Shown here: piece by piece, positions 7,513 to 17,105 of the stretch
Layout of the letters: each line of letters opens with the position of its first letter
Position numbering within the stretch: position 1 is the first letter of the stretch
Source of the DNA: an uncultured bacterium
GTDB lineage: Bacteria; Patescibacteriota; Minisyncoccia; Minisyncoccales; UBA10102
Reading direction: 5' to 3'
Length of the DNA: 44,273 nucleotides
Assembly (NCBI GenBank): GCA_913054235.1
Contig: CAJXJI010000002.1
Coordinates: 1 to 44,273 of the forward strand
Notes under the pieces: model-generated
What the model was told of the DNA's origin: nothing
The model's database searches: none
What the model saw: the letters and a program-made list of their open reading frames with translations, nothing else
Position numbers and translations under genes: made by a program

Positions 7513-8223
7513 TTATAGTTCAAGGATAACACGTTCCATTGCAAGGCGCCCACTTACGTTAGTTTGACGCAACGCAACAAGAACCTCATGAATATTGCGC
7601 AATGCGTGCAAAGATGACATTGTGCCCTTGCGAAGCTCTTGTAAAAGCTGAACTCTCATTTCTTCTTGTAAGTTAAGCAGTGTTCTATACAAAGCCTTTT
7701 GATCTTGACTCTCACGCTCCGCAAAGGCAAAGCGCTCTCCAATAGATAATCGCTGTAATTTTGCTAGTAGATTTGTATTTTTATCATGCATTTTATCAAA
7801 TTGATACATCCTTAGCTCTTGCGCGCGAGAGCGAATGGTATTTAAAAGAAGGGCCGGATGTAAAACCGTCAGAAACAAAAACACATTTCCCTTTGGCTCC
7901 TCTAAAAGCTTTAAAAATGCAGACTGGGCTTCCTGGTTCATTGATTCTGCATTCCTGATAATTCCTATCTTGCAAGGCGCGTCCCATGCGCTTAAGCTCA
8001 ATTGCTTTTTTAGTCTTCGTATCTGTCCTATGGTAATTTCCTCTTTTTCTGGGTTTATCTCAATTACATTAGCTTGTATCTTTGGCTTTTGCCTTCCCAA
8101 AGCAAGAGCTATGAACTTGGTTAAGAGTTGCTCTTTTTTTGTCTCATCATTCCCCGAAAGAAGATATGCATGGGAAAGTTTTCCTTTCTCGTGTGCTCGC
8201 GCAAGTAATGTAAAGTAATCCAT
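7513..8223 (-). CDS. holB: DNA polymerase III delta-prime subunit (short form)
   Basis: N-terminus KLSHAYLLSGNDETKKEQL and the SRAQ sensor-like motif (TIRSRAQELRM) are typical of clamp-loader delta-prime. 236 aa. Confidence 0.75.
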   Translation of the reverse strand: MDYFTLLARAHEKGKLSHAYLLSGNDETKKEQLLTKFIALALGRQKPKIQANVIEINPEKEEITIGQIRRLKKQLSLSAWDAPCKIGIIRNAESMNQEAQSAFLKLLEEPKGNVFLFLTVLHPALLLNTIRSRAQELRMYQFDKMHDKNTNLLAKLQRLSIGERFAFAERESQDQKALYRTLLNLQEEMRVQLLQELRKGTMSSLHALRNIHEVLVALRQTNVSGRLAMERVILEL

Positions 8224-9236
8224 TATTTCTTTGCCATAACACTTCTCTTGTATGCATCCAAATTATCCAGAACAACTCCAGCGCCTCGAGCAACACAAGT
8301 TAAAGAATCTTGAGCAATGAAGCATGGTACTCCGGTTGTTTGGGAAATGAGTTGATCGATATTTTTAAGTAGAGCTCCTCCCCCAGAAACGATCATTCCT
8401 TTGTCCATAATATCCGCTGAAAGCTCAGGCGGAGTTTCGCGCAGTAAAGCCTTGATAATCATCACGATTTCTCCCAATGGTTCTTGGAGAGCTTCTGAAA
8501 TTTCAGTAGAAGTTAATTTAATATTTTTGGGCAATCCTGCTACTAAATCTCTACCACGAATTTCAATAGTAGCTTCTTCTTTTAAAGGGATCGCACATCC
8601 AATCTTTATTTTAATTTCCTCTGCGGTATTCTCTCCAATCGCAAGATTATATTTACTCTTTATGTAGTCTGAAATTGCCTGGTCCATTTTATCTCCTGCT
8701 ACCCGAAGAGAAGTTGAGCCAACAATTCCTCCAAGAGAAATGACTGCGACCTCAGTGGTCCCTCCCCCAATATCCACAATCATGTGACCTGAAGTTGAGT
8801 TAATAGGGATTTCAGCCCCAATTGCAGCTAGAATAGGTTCCTTTGCAACATATGCTGCCTTTGCTCCAGCGCGCGTGGTAGCCTCAACCACAGCTCTTCT
8901 TTCAGTAGAGGTAATGCCAGCTGGAACAGAAATTAATACCTCTGGCTTAAAAAACTGATATCCTGGGATAGTTTTTTTTAAGAAATAGCGGATCATAGCT
9001 AAGGTAACACGATAATCCGAAATAACTCCATCTCGCATGGGACGGTATACTCGAATGGTATCAGGAGTACGCCCAGTCATTTCTTTTGCCGCCTCCCCTA
9101 CTGCCAAAATAGTGTTATCTGTTAGAGAAACTGCAACCACCGTAGGTTCGTCTAATACAATACCTTTTTGAGGCACAAAGACTAAAGAGTTTTTAGTTCC
9201 AAGATCAATGCCAATTTTTGAGACAAAAATACTCAT
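8223..9236 (-). CDS. mreB: MreB/actin-like protein (paralogue 2)
   Basis: IDLGTKNSLVF, DIGGGTTEVA and VSGGGALLKNID. 337 aa. Clearly paralogous to 3522-4583. Confidence 0.9.
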   Translation of the reverse strand: MSIFVSKIGIDLGTKNSLVFVPQKGIVLDEPTVVAVSLTDNTILAVGEAAKEMTGRTPDTIRVYRPMRDGVISDYRVTLAMIRYFLKKTIPGYQFFKPEVLISVPAGITSTERRAVVEATTRAGAKAAYVAKEPILAAIGAEIPINSTSGHMIVDIGGGTTEVAVISLGGIVGSTSLRVAGDKMDQAISDYIKSKYNLAIGENTAEEIKIKIGCAIPLKEEATIEIRGRDLVAGLPKNIKLTSTEISEALQEPLGEIVMIIKALLRETPPELSADIMDKGMIVSGGGALLKNIDQLISQTTGVPCFIAQDSLTCVARGAGVVLDNLDAYKRSVMAKK

Positions 9237-10510
9237 ACTGTAACGCGTTTAATATCTGCTCCTAACTTTTGTAGTCTTTCTTCTATTCTCTCATATCCCC
9301 TGTCCACTTGGTAGATATTATCAATCGTACTTTTTCCTTCGGCCATGAGAGCCGCCATAATAAGAGCTGCACCTCCTCGCAAGTCAAACGTACCAAGGTC
9401 ATGTCCATGAAGTTTTGTTACGCCATTAATAATTGCGCGGTGTGGATCGGTAAAGTAAATTTCAGCTCCCATTTTATTTAATTCTTCTAGGTACTTTAAT
9501 CTTCCTTCATAGAGAGGATCGTGAAGGAGAGTAGATCCTTTACTCTGTGTAGCAAGCACTCCCAATACCGACTGAAGATCAGATGGGATGCCAGGATAGA
9601 TTAAACTTTGGATTTTATCTATCTTAAGATTGCGAGAGGGCAAAACTTGTACATCCCCAATACCTCCTTGCCTCTTTGTGATCTCCAATATCGCACCAAA
9701 ATCGTGAAGTTTTTTAAAAAAGAAATCCAAGAATTGCAATGGAACATTTTTTACTAATACTTTGCCTTGCGTTCCAACTGCCATAACAATAAAGGTGGCA
9801 GCTTCTATGGGGTCTGGGATAATAGTGTGGGAAAATCCTTTCAGTTTCTTTTTCCCTTGAATAGTTATTTCATGGAGCCCAGAAACTCTAAGCCATACTC
9901 CCATTTTTCGTAATGCGCGGATTAACTCTTGTACTTGATAATCCATGTCCGCAATCTTTATAACAATGCGTTCTGGCTGCATGGCACAAAAAAGGAGAAG
10001 GTTTTCTGTTGCGGTAACTGAAAATTCATTTAGCACGATTACCTTGTTCTTTGCCTTTGTTGCAAATTGCAATTCAAACCCTTGTCGTAAAGGTTTCACA
10101 GCAATACCAAGTTGGCTGAATGCGTCCAAATGAGTGTTTATGGGTCTTGCCCCAATAATATCTCCTCCAGGCTTTGGAAGATATATTTTCCCAAATCGCG
10201 CGAGCAATGGTCCGTATAAAAGAACAGAGCCCCGAAATCTTAAAATTGCTTCTTTATTAATAGTAGCAGGATTGAGATTTTTTGTATTAATTCTCACCGT
10301 TCGCTTCCCTATCCATTCTACCTTTACTTTCATACTCTCTAAAATTTCAAGCATGCGAAATACATCCTCAATTAAGGGGAGATTTTTAATTACGCAGTCC
10401 TCTTTTACAAGAATGGTGGCAGCTAATATGGGAAAGGCAGCATTTTTTGCCCCCTTAACATCAATCTCGCCTTCTAGGCGATTACCACCACGAATAACGA
10501 ATTTCTCCAT
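9233..10510 (-). CDS. murA: UDP-N-acetylglucosamine 1-carboxyvinyltransferase
   Basis: MEKFVIRGGNRLEGEIDVKGAKNAAFPILAATIL is the canonical MurA N-terminus. 425 aa. Confidence 0.95.
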   Translation of the reverse strand: MEKFVIRGGNRLEGEIDVKGAKNAAFPILAATILVKEDCVIKNLPLIEDVFRMLEILESMKVKVEWIGKRTVRINTKNLNPATINKEAILRFRGSVLLYGPLLARFGKIYLPKPGGDIIGARPINTHLDAFSQLGIAVKPLRQGFELQFATKAKNKVIVLNEFSVTATENLLLFCAMQPERIVIKIADMDYQVQELIRALRKMGVWLRVSGLHEITIQGKKKLKGFSHTIIPDPIEAATFIVMAVGTQGKVLVKNVPLQFLDFFFKKLHDFGAILEITKRQGGIGDVQVLPSRNLKIDKIQSLIYPGIPSDLQSVLGVLATQSKGSTLLHDPLYEGRLKYLEELNKMGAEIYFTDPHRAIINGVTKLHGHDLGTFDLRGGAALIMAALMAEGKSTIDNIYQVDRGYERIEERLQKLGADIKRVTV

Positions 10511-10616
10511 AGTATAGCCTCCTTATCTTAGCTGAAATCCCTCTATTTTGCAATGGAGTGAAAATCCGAATATCTCTTGGTAAAATTACGGAATTCTTAA
10601 TCTAATTAAGTCCAAC

Positions 10617-10645
10617 TTCACAAAAAGCATATTTTCCCGTATACT
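10617..10645 (+). promoter_or_regulatory. Sigma70-like promoter giving a leaderless or near-leaderless mRNA
   Basis: TTCACA (10617-10622), N17, TATACT (10640-10645). Only 7 nt separate the -10 from the ATG at 10653. Confidence 0.45.
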
Positions 10646-10652
10646 ACAACGC

Positions 10653-12053
10653 ATGACTAAACGCCAACGTACATTGCTGTTTTCTACCCTGTTGGGTCTT
10701 TTTTTCATATTAGCCCCTACGCTTGCCTTGTATTCTCAAGGATACCGAATTGATTTTGCAGGAGGAAGAATAGCTCAAACAGGAGCATTCTATTTTAAAG
10801 TAGCCCCCGCGCGAGCAGATATCCTTGTTGATGGTACGTTTGTTAAAAAAACAGATTTCCTCTTTGGTTCAGGACTCACGAAAAACTTCTTTCCTGATAA
10901 CTATTTTCTTGAAGTTACAAAAGAAGGATATCATTCCTGGCAAAAAATCCTTCAGATAAAAGAGCAACAAGTTACTGAGGCAAAGAGCATACTTTTGTTT
11001 AAAAAAGACCCGACATTTCAAAAACTTGCAGATAAAATTGAACGCTTCTGGATTTCTCCAAACATAAAATATGCACTATTACAACAGCGCGAATCTAAGG
11101 CATTTTGGCAGCTCCATGTTCTTAATCTTGAAACTGGAGGAAAGGAACCTCTGGCAGGATTAATTAGTACAAAGGATGAAGTTATTGATATTCAATGGGC
11201 AAGAGACTCTCGTCGTTTCCTGCTTTTAACCCTTCATAAAGAGCAACTTGCTTTTGAGGTTCGTAGTATTTCAGCGAATGTCCCTTGTTTTAAAACTCCT
11301 TGCAGCTTGGAATATCTTGGAGAAGATATAGGGAATATACAATTTTCTCCTGCAAAAGAAGATCAGGTGCTCTTTACCAGATTCTTAAATACAACACAGG
11401 TACTATTTGAAGCTCAGTATAGCAAAGAAGATTTAGCTATTCCCATTGCAAATAATGTTATAGCTTTCACAACTTTGGATAATCATGTTTTTTGGTTGGA
11501 TACAGCTGGCACATTGCGAAAAAAAGACTTGAGTACAAATGACGATGCACAGGTTTTTCAAGAATCGGTTTTTATCCCAATACAGGAAACTTCTTATGAA
11601 CTATTACTTGCTGGCGATACTATTTTAATAAAAGAGGATACAACGCTATTTCTCCATAAAGAAAATACAATTTCAAGGCGAGAAGTTCTCTCTCCTGTTT
11701 TTGAAGTTGCTGTGAATTCAAATGGTAATAAGGTTGCACTTCAAAATCAATTAGAGCTTTGGATTCTTTTCTTAAAAGAAGAAACTGAACAACCACAACA
11801 CGAAGCTGGAGAATTAGTTCTTCTTACGAGATTTTCAAAATCTCCACAACAACTCTCTTGGGTTGATTCATCTTATCTTCTCTTTGGCTCAGGAGAAATA
11901 ATCCGAAGTGTTGAAATTGATAACCGGGATCGCTTAAACATCATTGATCTCGTTTCGTTTCCCAACCCTGAATTCTTTTGGAATAACCAAAAAGGCATCC
12001 TCTATGTCCTAAGTGAGAATGCCTTCTTTGTTTCTGAAAAAATAGTGCGCTAA
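10653..12053 (+). CDS. Membrane-anchored PEGA-domain / beta-propeller-like protein (466 aa)
   Basis: N-terminal TM helix, a PEGA-like segment (ADILVDGTFVKKT...YFLEVTKEGYHSWQK), and repetitive beta-rich C-terminal two-thirds. One of only a few plus-strand genes (with rpmB and the 40985-41278 ORF). Confidence 0.7.
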   Translation: MTKRQRTLLFSTLLGLFFILAPTLALYSQGYRIDFAGGRIAQTGAFYFKVAPARADILVDGTFVKKTDFLFGSGLTKNFFPDNYFLEVTKEGYHSWQKILQIKEQQVTEAKSILLFKKDPTFQKLADKIERFWISPNIKYALLQQRESKAFWQLHVLNLETGGKEPLAGLISTKDEVIDIQWARDSRRFLLLTLHKEQLAFEVRSISANVPCFKTPCSLEYLGEDIGNIQFSPAKEDQVLFTRFLNTTQVLFEAQYSKEDLAIPIANNVIAFTTLDNHVFWLDTAGTLRKKDLSTNDDAQVFQESVFIPIQETSYELLLAGDTILIKEDTTLFLHKENTISRREVLSPVFEVAVNSNGNKVALQNQLELWILFLKEETEQPQHEAGELVLLTRFSKSPQQLSWVDSSYLLFGSGEIIRSVEIDNRDRLNIIDLVSFPNPEFFWNNQKGILYVLSENAFFVSEKIVR

Positions 12054-12054
12054 A

Positions 12055-12540
12055 TTATCTCTTCCTCCATTGACGAGCTCTTCTAGCTCTCTTTAGTCCA
12101 AATTTCTTTCGCTCTCGCATTCTAGGATCCCTCGTTAAAAACTTAAGGGATTTCATAGAATCTCTCATTGTAGCATCCCATTCTACTAGCGCGCGAGCTA
12201 AGCCATGGCGTACTGCCTCAGCTTGTGCTCGCATTCCACCACCGTAAACAACAATGCTTACTTCAAATGTCTTTCCGTGTGTTCCACGCTCCAAAGCCTC
12301 TTTTGCAATGATGCGATATTCGACGTCTTGAAAATAGTCTTCAAAGGCTTTTTGATTTACGATAAAGTTTGTCTTCTTTGCATCTCTAATTCTTATGCGC
12401 GCAACAGCAGTCTTCCTTCTCCCTGTTGCTTGCCAATATTTTCCTTCCACCTTTTTTGCAGGAATTTTTTCGCTTCCAGAAAGCTTACTTTTAGTGGATG
12501 TAACTGGCTTTTTCTTTTTTGTAATAGTTTTTGTTGCCAT
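12055..12540 (-). CDS. rpsI: 30S ribosomal protein S9 with Lys-rich N-terminal extension
   Basis: GRRKTAVARIRI ... GGGMRAQAEAVRHGLARAL ... C-terminal RQWRKR. Confidence 0.95.
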   Translation of the reverse strand: MATKTITKKKKPVTSTKSKLSGSEKIPAKKVEGKYWQATGRRKTAVARIRIRDAKKTNFIVNQKAFEDYFQDVEYRIIAKEALERGTHGKTFEVSIVVYGGGMRAQAEAVRHGLARALVEWDATMRDSMKSLKFLTRDPRMRERKKFGLKRARRARQWRKR

Positions 12541-12543
12541 CGA

Positions 12544-12897
12544 TTATAATTCAACTTTCAATCTTTTTATCTGGCGCGCTCTTAATTTATTTATTGGCAT
12601 CATTCCATATACTGCCTTGCGCAATACTTCTTCTGGCTGCTCATCAAAAAACTTCTTTAATGTCCGTACTTTTAAACTTCCCAAATATCCTGAGTGTCGA
12701 TAATATTTCTTTTGCTCAGATTTCTTTCCAGTAAAACGAATTCTCTTGAAGTTTTGGACTGTTACAAAATCTCCACCATCTTTATGTGAAGCAAAATCTC
12801 CCTTTTGTCTTCCTCGAAGAAGGTTTGCAACCTCTACTGCCAGTCGTCCCAAGGGACGTCCCTGTGCATTTAAAGTATGAGTTTGTCGTTGTTCCAT
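12544..12897 (-). CDS. rplM: 50S ribosomal protein L13
   Basis: GRPLGRLAVEVANLLRGR ... YYRHSGYLGSLK. The start is taken at ATG 12897, just after the rplQ stop. Confidence 0.95.
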   Translation of the reverse strand: MEQRQTHTLNAQGRPLGRLAVEVANLLRGRQKGDFASHKDGGDFVTVQNFKRIRFTGKKSEQKKYYRHSGYLGSLKVRTLKKFFDEQPEEVLRKAVYGMMPINKLRARQIKRLKVEL

Positions 12898-12901
12898 AAA
12901 A

Positions 12902-13249
12902 TTATACGAATTCAATAATTGCAAGTCTAGCTGAATCTGATTTGCGTGGTCTTCTTTTTATAATCCGCGTGTATCCACCCTTTCGCTGAAGATACCTTGG
13001 GGCTACTTCTTCAATGAGCTTTTTTGCACTTACAGCTCCCAGAAGTGCGCTAAGATATCTTCTTTCTGCAATATTGCCCTTCTTTGCTCTAGTGATAAGT
13101 TTTTCAACTATAGGAGAAATATCCTTTGCCTTGGCTTCAGTTGTTTCAATCTTTTCTTGAAGCACCAAAGAACGAACCAAGCTTCTTTGTAAAGCTTTTC
13201 TAGGTCCTGCCTTGCGAGACAACGTTCTTTTTTTGATGCGCTTTTTCAT
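12902..13249 (-). CDS. rplQ: 50S ribosomal protein L17
   Basis: RSLVRSLVLQEKIETTEAKAKD ... GGYTRIIK. Confidence 0.95.
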   Translation of the reverse strand: MKKRIKKRTLSRKAGPRKALQRSLVRSLVLQEKIETTEAKAKDISPIVEKLITRAKKGNIAERRYLSALLGAVSAKKLIEEVAPRYLQRKGGYTRIIKRRPRKSDSARLAIIEFV

Positions 13250-14028
13250 TACTTCTTTTTTGTAGTTTTCTTTGTTGTTGGTTTTTTTACTGAAGCTGCC
13301 TTTTTTGCCTTGGGCTTTACATTCTCTTCTACATTCATCACTTCTTCTTTTAGCCCTCCTTTAATAACCTCAAACTGCTCTGCTAAAATACTAGAAGCTT
13401 CTCTTAAAGCAGTTTCAGGATTTAGGGTTCCGTCGGTTTCAACTTCAAGAATAAGACGATCAAAATCAGTTCGATCTCCAACACGCATTTGCTCCACCCG
13501 ATAGCTCACCCTCCTTATGGGGGTGTAAATAGCGTCTAGAGAAATCATGCCAATCTCCACCTTTCCTATATGACGAGTTTCTGCTGCTTCATATCCAACT
13601 CCTCTTCCAATTTGAATCTCAATTTCAAGTTCGGTTGATTTATCAGTTAGCTGAGCTATAAGAACATCCTTGTTCATAATTTCAACTTGGCTTGGAGCTT
13701 TAAAATCTCCTGCGGTAACTGTTTTTACTCCCTTTATCTTGAGCGTTGCAGCAAATGGACCGTCTCCGAATAAACGAAAGCGGACTTGCTTTAAATTCAG
13801 CAAAATACCAAGAACATCCTCTTTAACCCCAGATAGTGTTGCAAACTCATGGGAAGCTCCCATTATCTTGACCTCTGTAACAGCAGCACCTCCCAAGGAA
13901 GACAGGAGAACTCGTCGTAAGCTATTACCCAGTGTTGTGCCGTATCCTGGATACAAGGACTCAATCTCAAAAGTTGCCTTATCTCCTTTACTTGATACAA
14001 TTTTTATTGCTTTGGAAAGTGGAATCAT
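13249..14028 (-). CDS. rpoA: DNA-directed RNA polymerase alpha subunit, N-terminal domain only plus Lys-rich tail
   Basis: GTTLGNSLRRVLLSSL is the alpha-NTD motif. The ATG at 14028 follows the rpsD stop, whereas the track start 14049 is a TTG. The protein ends ~KPKAKKAASVKKPTTKKTTKKK with no alpha-CTD. Confidence 0.9.
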   Translation of the reverse strand: MIPLSKAIKIVSSKGDKATFEIESLYPGYGTTLGNSLRRVLLSSLGGAAVTEVKIMGASHEFATLSGVKEDVLGILLNLKQVRFRLFGDGPFAATLKIKGVKTVTAGDFKAPSQVEIMNKDVLIAQLTDKSTELEIEIQIGRGVGYEAAETRHIGKVEIGMISLDAIYTPIRRVSYRVEQMRVGDRTDFDRLILEVETDGTLNPETALREASSILAEQFEVIKGGLKEEVMNVEENVKPKAKKAASVKKPTTKKTTKKK

Positions 14029-14029
14029 A

Positions 14030-14554
14030 TTATCTTGAATAAAACTCAAATATTAATGAAATTTCGACTGAAGGTGCAATTTCAGCAAGCGAGGGAAATT
14101 GCAAAATACTAATCTCTGGTTTTTCTTTATCTAAAGAAATCCAAGAAGGCGCCTCGTATTTTTTTAATCCCAATAGTACATTCTTAAATAGTGTTCGCTC
14201 TAGAGATGCTGAACGAACAGTAATAATATCTCCTTTTTTTACTTCAAAAGAAGGGATATCCATTTTTTTCCCATTCACCAAAAAATGACCGTGGGAAACC
14301 ATTTGGCGAGACTGTTTACGTGTTGGAGCAAAGCCAGCACGATATACTACATTGTCTAGTCTTCGTTCAAGTTTCTGTAAAAATAATTCTGGAGAATCAC
14401 CATGGCCACTTTTCTCAAGTGCTACTTTTACATAACGCTTAAATTGTTTTTCACGAAGATTGTATTGACCTTTCAAGTCCTGTTTTTCTTGTAGTTGTCT
14501 TCCGTATTCAGACTGCGGCTTTGGCCGTCGTTTTCTCATTACTCCCTTTTGCAT
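14030..14554 (-). CDS. rpsD: 30S ribosomal protein S4 (lacks the usual N-terminal ~35 aa)
   Basis: LQKLERRLDNVVYRAGFAPTRKQSRQMVSHGHFLVNGKKMDIPS (S4 domain). ATG at 14554 (alternative 14539). The track start 14560 is a TTG. Confidence 0.9.
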   Translation of the reverse strand: MQKGVMRKRRPKPQSEYGRQLQEKQDLKGQYNLREKQFKRYVKVALEKSGHGDSPELFLQKLERRLDNVVYRAGFAPTRKQSRQMVSHGHFLVNGKKMDIPSFEVKKGDIITVRSASLERTLFKNVLLGLKKYEAPSWISLDKEKPEISILQFPSLAEIAPSVEISLIFEFYSR

Positions 14555-14566
14555 ATTCAAAGTCCA

Positions 14567-14995
14567 CTACACTCTTCTTACTTTTTTCTTTCTTGGTCCG
14601 TTATGTGGCACAGGTGTTAAATCGCGAATAAATTGAATTTCAAAACCTCTTGCTCCCAAAGAACGCAAAGCAGATTCTCTGCCAGGTCCAATACCTCGAA
14701 GGGTAATTGCAATACGCTCTACTCCACGTGCTTTTGCAACGTCTGCTAAAGCTTCTGCTACTTTGGAAGCGGCATAGGGTGTAGACTTTTTAGTCCCCTT
14801 AAACCCAACAGACCCAGCTGATGTACTAAACGCAACATTACCTTGCACGTCAGCTAAAGAAATTATGGTGTTGTTGTATGAGGAGTAAATACTCACCCTC
14901 CCGTCTGCAAATGTACGTCCTTTAGTTGGTATACGCACAGAGGCAGCAGTATTGCTGGAACTCTCTCCTTTTTTAATAACTCGTTTCTTTCCCAT
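14567..14995 (-). CDS. rpsK: 30S ribosomal protein S11
   Basis: GRVSIYSSYNNTIISLAD ... STPYAA ... C-terminal PHNGPRKKKVRRV. Confidence 0.95.
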   Translation of the reverse strand: MGKKRVIKKGESSSNTAASVRIPTKGRTFADGRVSIYSSYNNTIISLADVQGNVAFSTSAGSVGFKGTKKSTPYAASKVAEALADVAKARGVERIAITLRGIGPGRESALRSLGARGFEIQFIRDLTPVPHNGPRKKKVRRV

Positions 14996-15003
14996 AATAT
15001 AAA

Positions 15004-15393
15004 TTAAGTTGGGCTAGCTGCTGGTTTCTTTCCAGATCCTACTGTCTTTCGAACATTTCCCCGAACAGTTCTTGTATTTGTACTGGTGCGCTGTCCTCTG
15101 ACCGGAAGTTTCTTTTGGTGACGTGATCCACGCCACGAACCAATATCGCGTAATCTCTTTATATTCATCATAACCTCACGCCGTAAATCTCCCTCAATGG
15201 TAAAACCTTTTTCAAGAGTGTTACGAAGCGAAGTTAATTCTTCAACCTTTAACTCCCCTGCCTTCTTTTGGGGATCAATCTTAACTTGCTTTAAAATGCG
15301 CCCGCTATTTGCGAGCCCAATACCAAAAATATAGGTTAAGGCTATTTTAATTTGTTTTTTTTCTGGAATGTTTACTCCGGCAACTCTGGGCAT
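15004..15393 (-). CDS. rpsM: 30S ribosomal protein S13
   Basis: MPRVAGVNIPEKKQIKIALTYIFGIG ... SWRGSRH. Confidence 0.95.
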   Translation of the reverse strand: MPRVAGVNIPEKKQIKIALTYIFGIGLANSGRILKQVKIDPQKKAGELKVEELTSLRNTLEKGFTIEGDLRREVMMNIKRLRDIGSWRGSRHQKKLPVRGQRTSTNTRTVRGNVRKTVGSGKKPAASPT

Positions 15394-15410
15394 AGTTAAA
15401 AAAGAAGGAT

Positions 15411-15527
15411 TTATCCTTGTCTTTGTTTATGCTTTGGATTCTTCTTGCAAATAACGTATAGCTTCCTCTCTCGCTTTACAATCGTACAATCCTTGCATAT
15501 CTTCTTAATGGTTGAATGGACCTTCAT
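15411..15527 (-). CDS. rpmJ: 50S ribosomal protein L36 (38 aa, absent from the ORF track)
   Basis: Manual translation of the minus strand gives [38 protein letters not shown]. It sits in the canonical position between infA and rpsM. Confidence 0.9.
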   Translation of the reverse strand: MKVHSTIKKICKDCTIVKRERKLYVICKKNPKHKQRQG

Positions 15528-15528
15528 A

Positions 15529-15753
15529 TTATTTATTCCTGTACACAATTCTCCCGCGGGTTTTATCATATGGACTCATTTCCACAGAAACTTTATCACC
15601 CGCTAAAATACGGATCCTGAATTTCCTGAGCCTTCCTGCAAGATATGCTAATATCTCAGTTCCATCTTCCAGGCGCACTCGAAACTTTAAACTTGGAAGG
15701 GTTTCTGTTACCTCTCCTTGTATTGCGTCCTCTCCTTGTTTATCATTTTTCAT
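15529..15753 (-). CDS. infA: Translation initiation factor IF-1
   Basis: [51 protein letters not shown]. The start is taken at ATG 15753. The track start 15804 is a TTG. Confidence 0.92.
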   Translation of the reverse strand: MKNDKQGEDAIQGEVTETLPSLKFRVRLEDGTEILAYLAGRLRKFRIRILAGDKVSVEMSPYDKTRGRIVYRNK

Positions 15754-15793
15754 GCGTGAATTTGCGATATAAAGTATATCAAAAAAACTATTA

Positions 15794-17041
15794 TTAGTCA
15801 ACAATCACCTGAATCTCAAGCCTATCTATACTTCCTGGCAAAGAAGAGAGCCAAAAGGGCCACAGGGCAAGTTCAGTTTGATTAAAGATATTATAGGAGG
15901 CAAGGATGCTCTCTGCCTCAGTCTTTGACTTCCCTCGAAGCTTGATTTTAAGCTCGGTTGGGTCTAAATACTGATATATTGTTGCTCCAATGAAAAGATC
16001 TACATTAGCTGTTTTTGTATCTTTACTAAGTTTAATTTGCTGAAAGTTAATCTCGTTTTTATCTTCAAAAATACGCTCTCCATCCTCAAGCTCTCGCGCA
16101 AGGAAAGTATTTACTAGCGTATCTATATCAGACTTGGGAAACATGAATAGTGTTGCAACAAGAGAAACACTTACGTTGAATTGATCTAACTCAGCACCGG
16201 CCCCTATCAAGGATTCAGCTTCTGTGACATTAATTGCAAGAGAATCTTTCGTTGCTACCATGCTCTCTGGCACACGACTAAGCAAATCTTCAATCACGTT
16301 TCCTGTGAGCTCTTCAATTAAAGAGTCCTTTGCCTTTTCAATGTCATCTTCTGAAACAACAGATACAGTGCGTTCTGATCCTCCGGTCATAGGTCCTAAA
16401 GATTCACCATAGATTACAGTAAACAAAGCAGAACCAGATAGCCCTGGTAAAGAGAAGTTACTAGCCCCGATATTATAATCCTCTCCTGCCTCAGCTGCGA
16501 TTATTTCAATATCAACAAATCCAGGAACCATCTTCCCTTGTTTTTGCGTTTTCCCGGGAATAGCAACTTTCACTGGAGTTCGAAACAATTTTCCTTCTTC
16601 TGAGACAAAACGAGTTTGCACAAGCAAATTTTGAGGAGTTGTGGTATACGCATTAAATACTCGAATGGTTCCAGAAGCTCTATTCTCTTTTATCGTACTG
16701 CTTGAAGCTGGAAACAGACGGGTTGCACTTTTTTCTTCAGTTAAAGTATGGGCTGGGATAATCTGCTCTTCCTTATCCAATTTCGCCCTTCCCACTTCAG
16801 CTACTATTGGCTCCAAAAGCTTTACCTGTCTTACTTCAGGCCACAGCGTAACATTGGCTCTCGCAAAGAATACATGAACAGCACCAACTAAAACCACCAC
16901 AAGTATCAAAAGAGGAAGAACGCCTATTTTAAACCAACCTGGCAATCGCGTACTTTTACGCTTCACGCGTTTTTTTGGCTCTTCTATATTTTTTTCAATC
17001 TTTTTGGGTGGGGAAATATCTTGAATTTTCCAGTTTGCCAT
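15794..17041 (-). CDS. Hypothetical membrane-anchored protein (415 aa)
   Basis: Basic N-terminus, one TM helix ([21 protein letters not shown]), large beta-rich ectodomain. No domain recognised with confidence. Confidence 0.65.
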   Translation of the reverse strand: MANWKIQDISPPKKIEKNIEEPKKRVKRKSTRLPGWFKIGVLPLLILVVVLVGAVHVFFARANVTLWPEVRQVKLLEPIVAEVGRAKLDKEEQIIPAHTLTEEKSATRLFPASSSTIKENRASGTIRVFNAYTTTPQNLLVQTRFVSEEGKLFRTPVKVAIPGKTQKQGKMVPGFVDIEIIAAEAGEDYNIGASNFSLPGLSGSALFTVIYGESLGPMTGGSERTVSVVSEDDIEKAKDSLIEELTGNVIEDLLSRVPESMVATKDSLAINVTEAESLIGAGAELDQFNVSVSLVATLFMFPKSDIDTLVNTFLARELEDGERIFEDKNEINFQQIKLSKDTKTANVDLFIGATIYQYLDPTELKIKLRGKSKTEAESILASYNIFNQTELALWPFWLSSLPGSIDRLEIQVIVD

Positions 17042-17105
17042 ATGCCTATCTTCTCATATTCATAAAATTTCGCAAGCTCTTTTTCTCTATAGCATCGTTT
17101 TTGCC

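Noticed and set aside
12053-12055. Convergent genes ending 1 nt apart (PEGA protein and rpsI here, and again at 41278/41280) with no terminator between them.
   Set aside because: A real observation. It is most simply explained by genome compaction, and nothing further can be inferred from the sequence.
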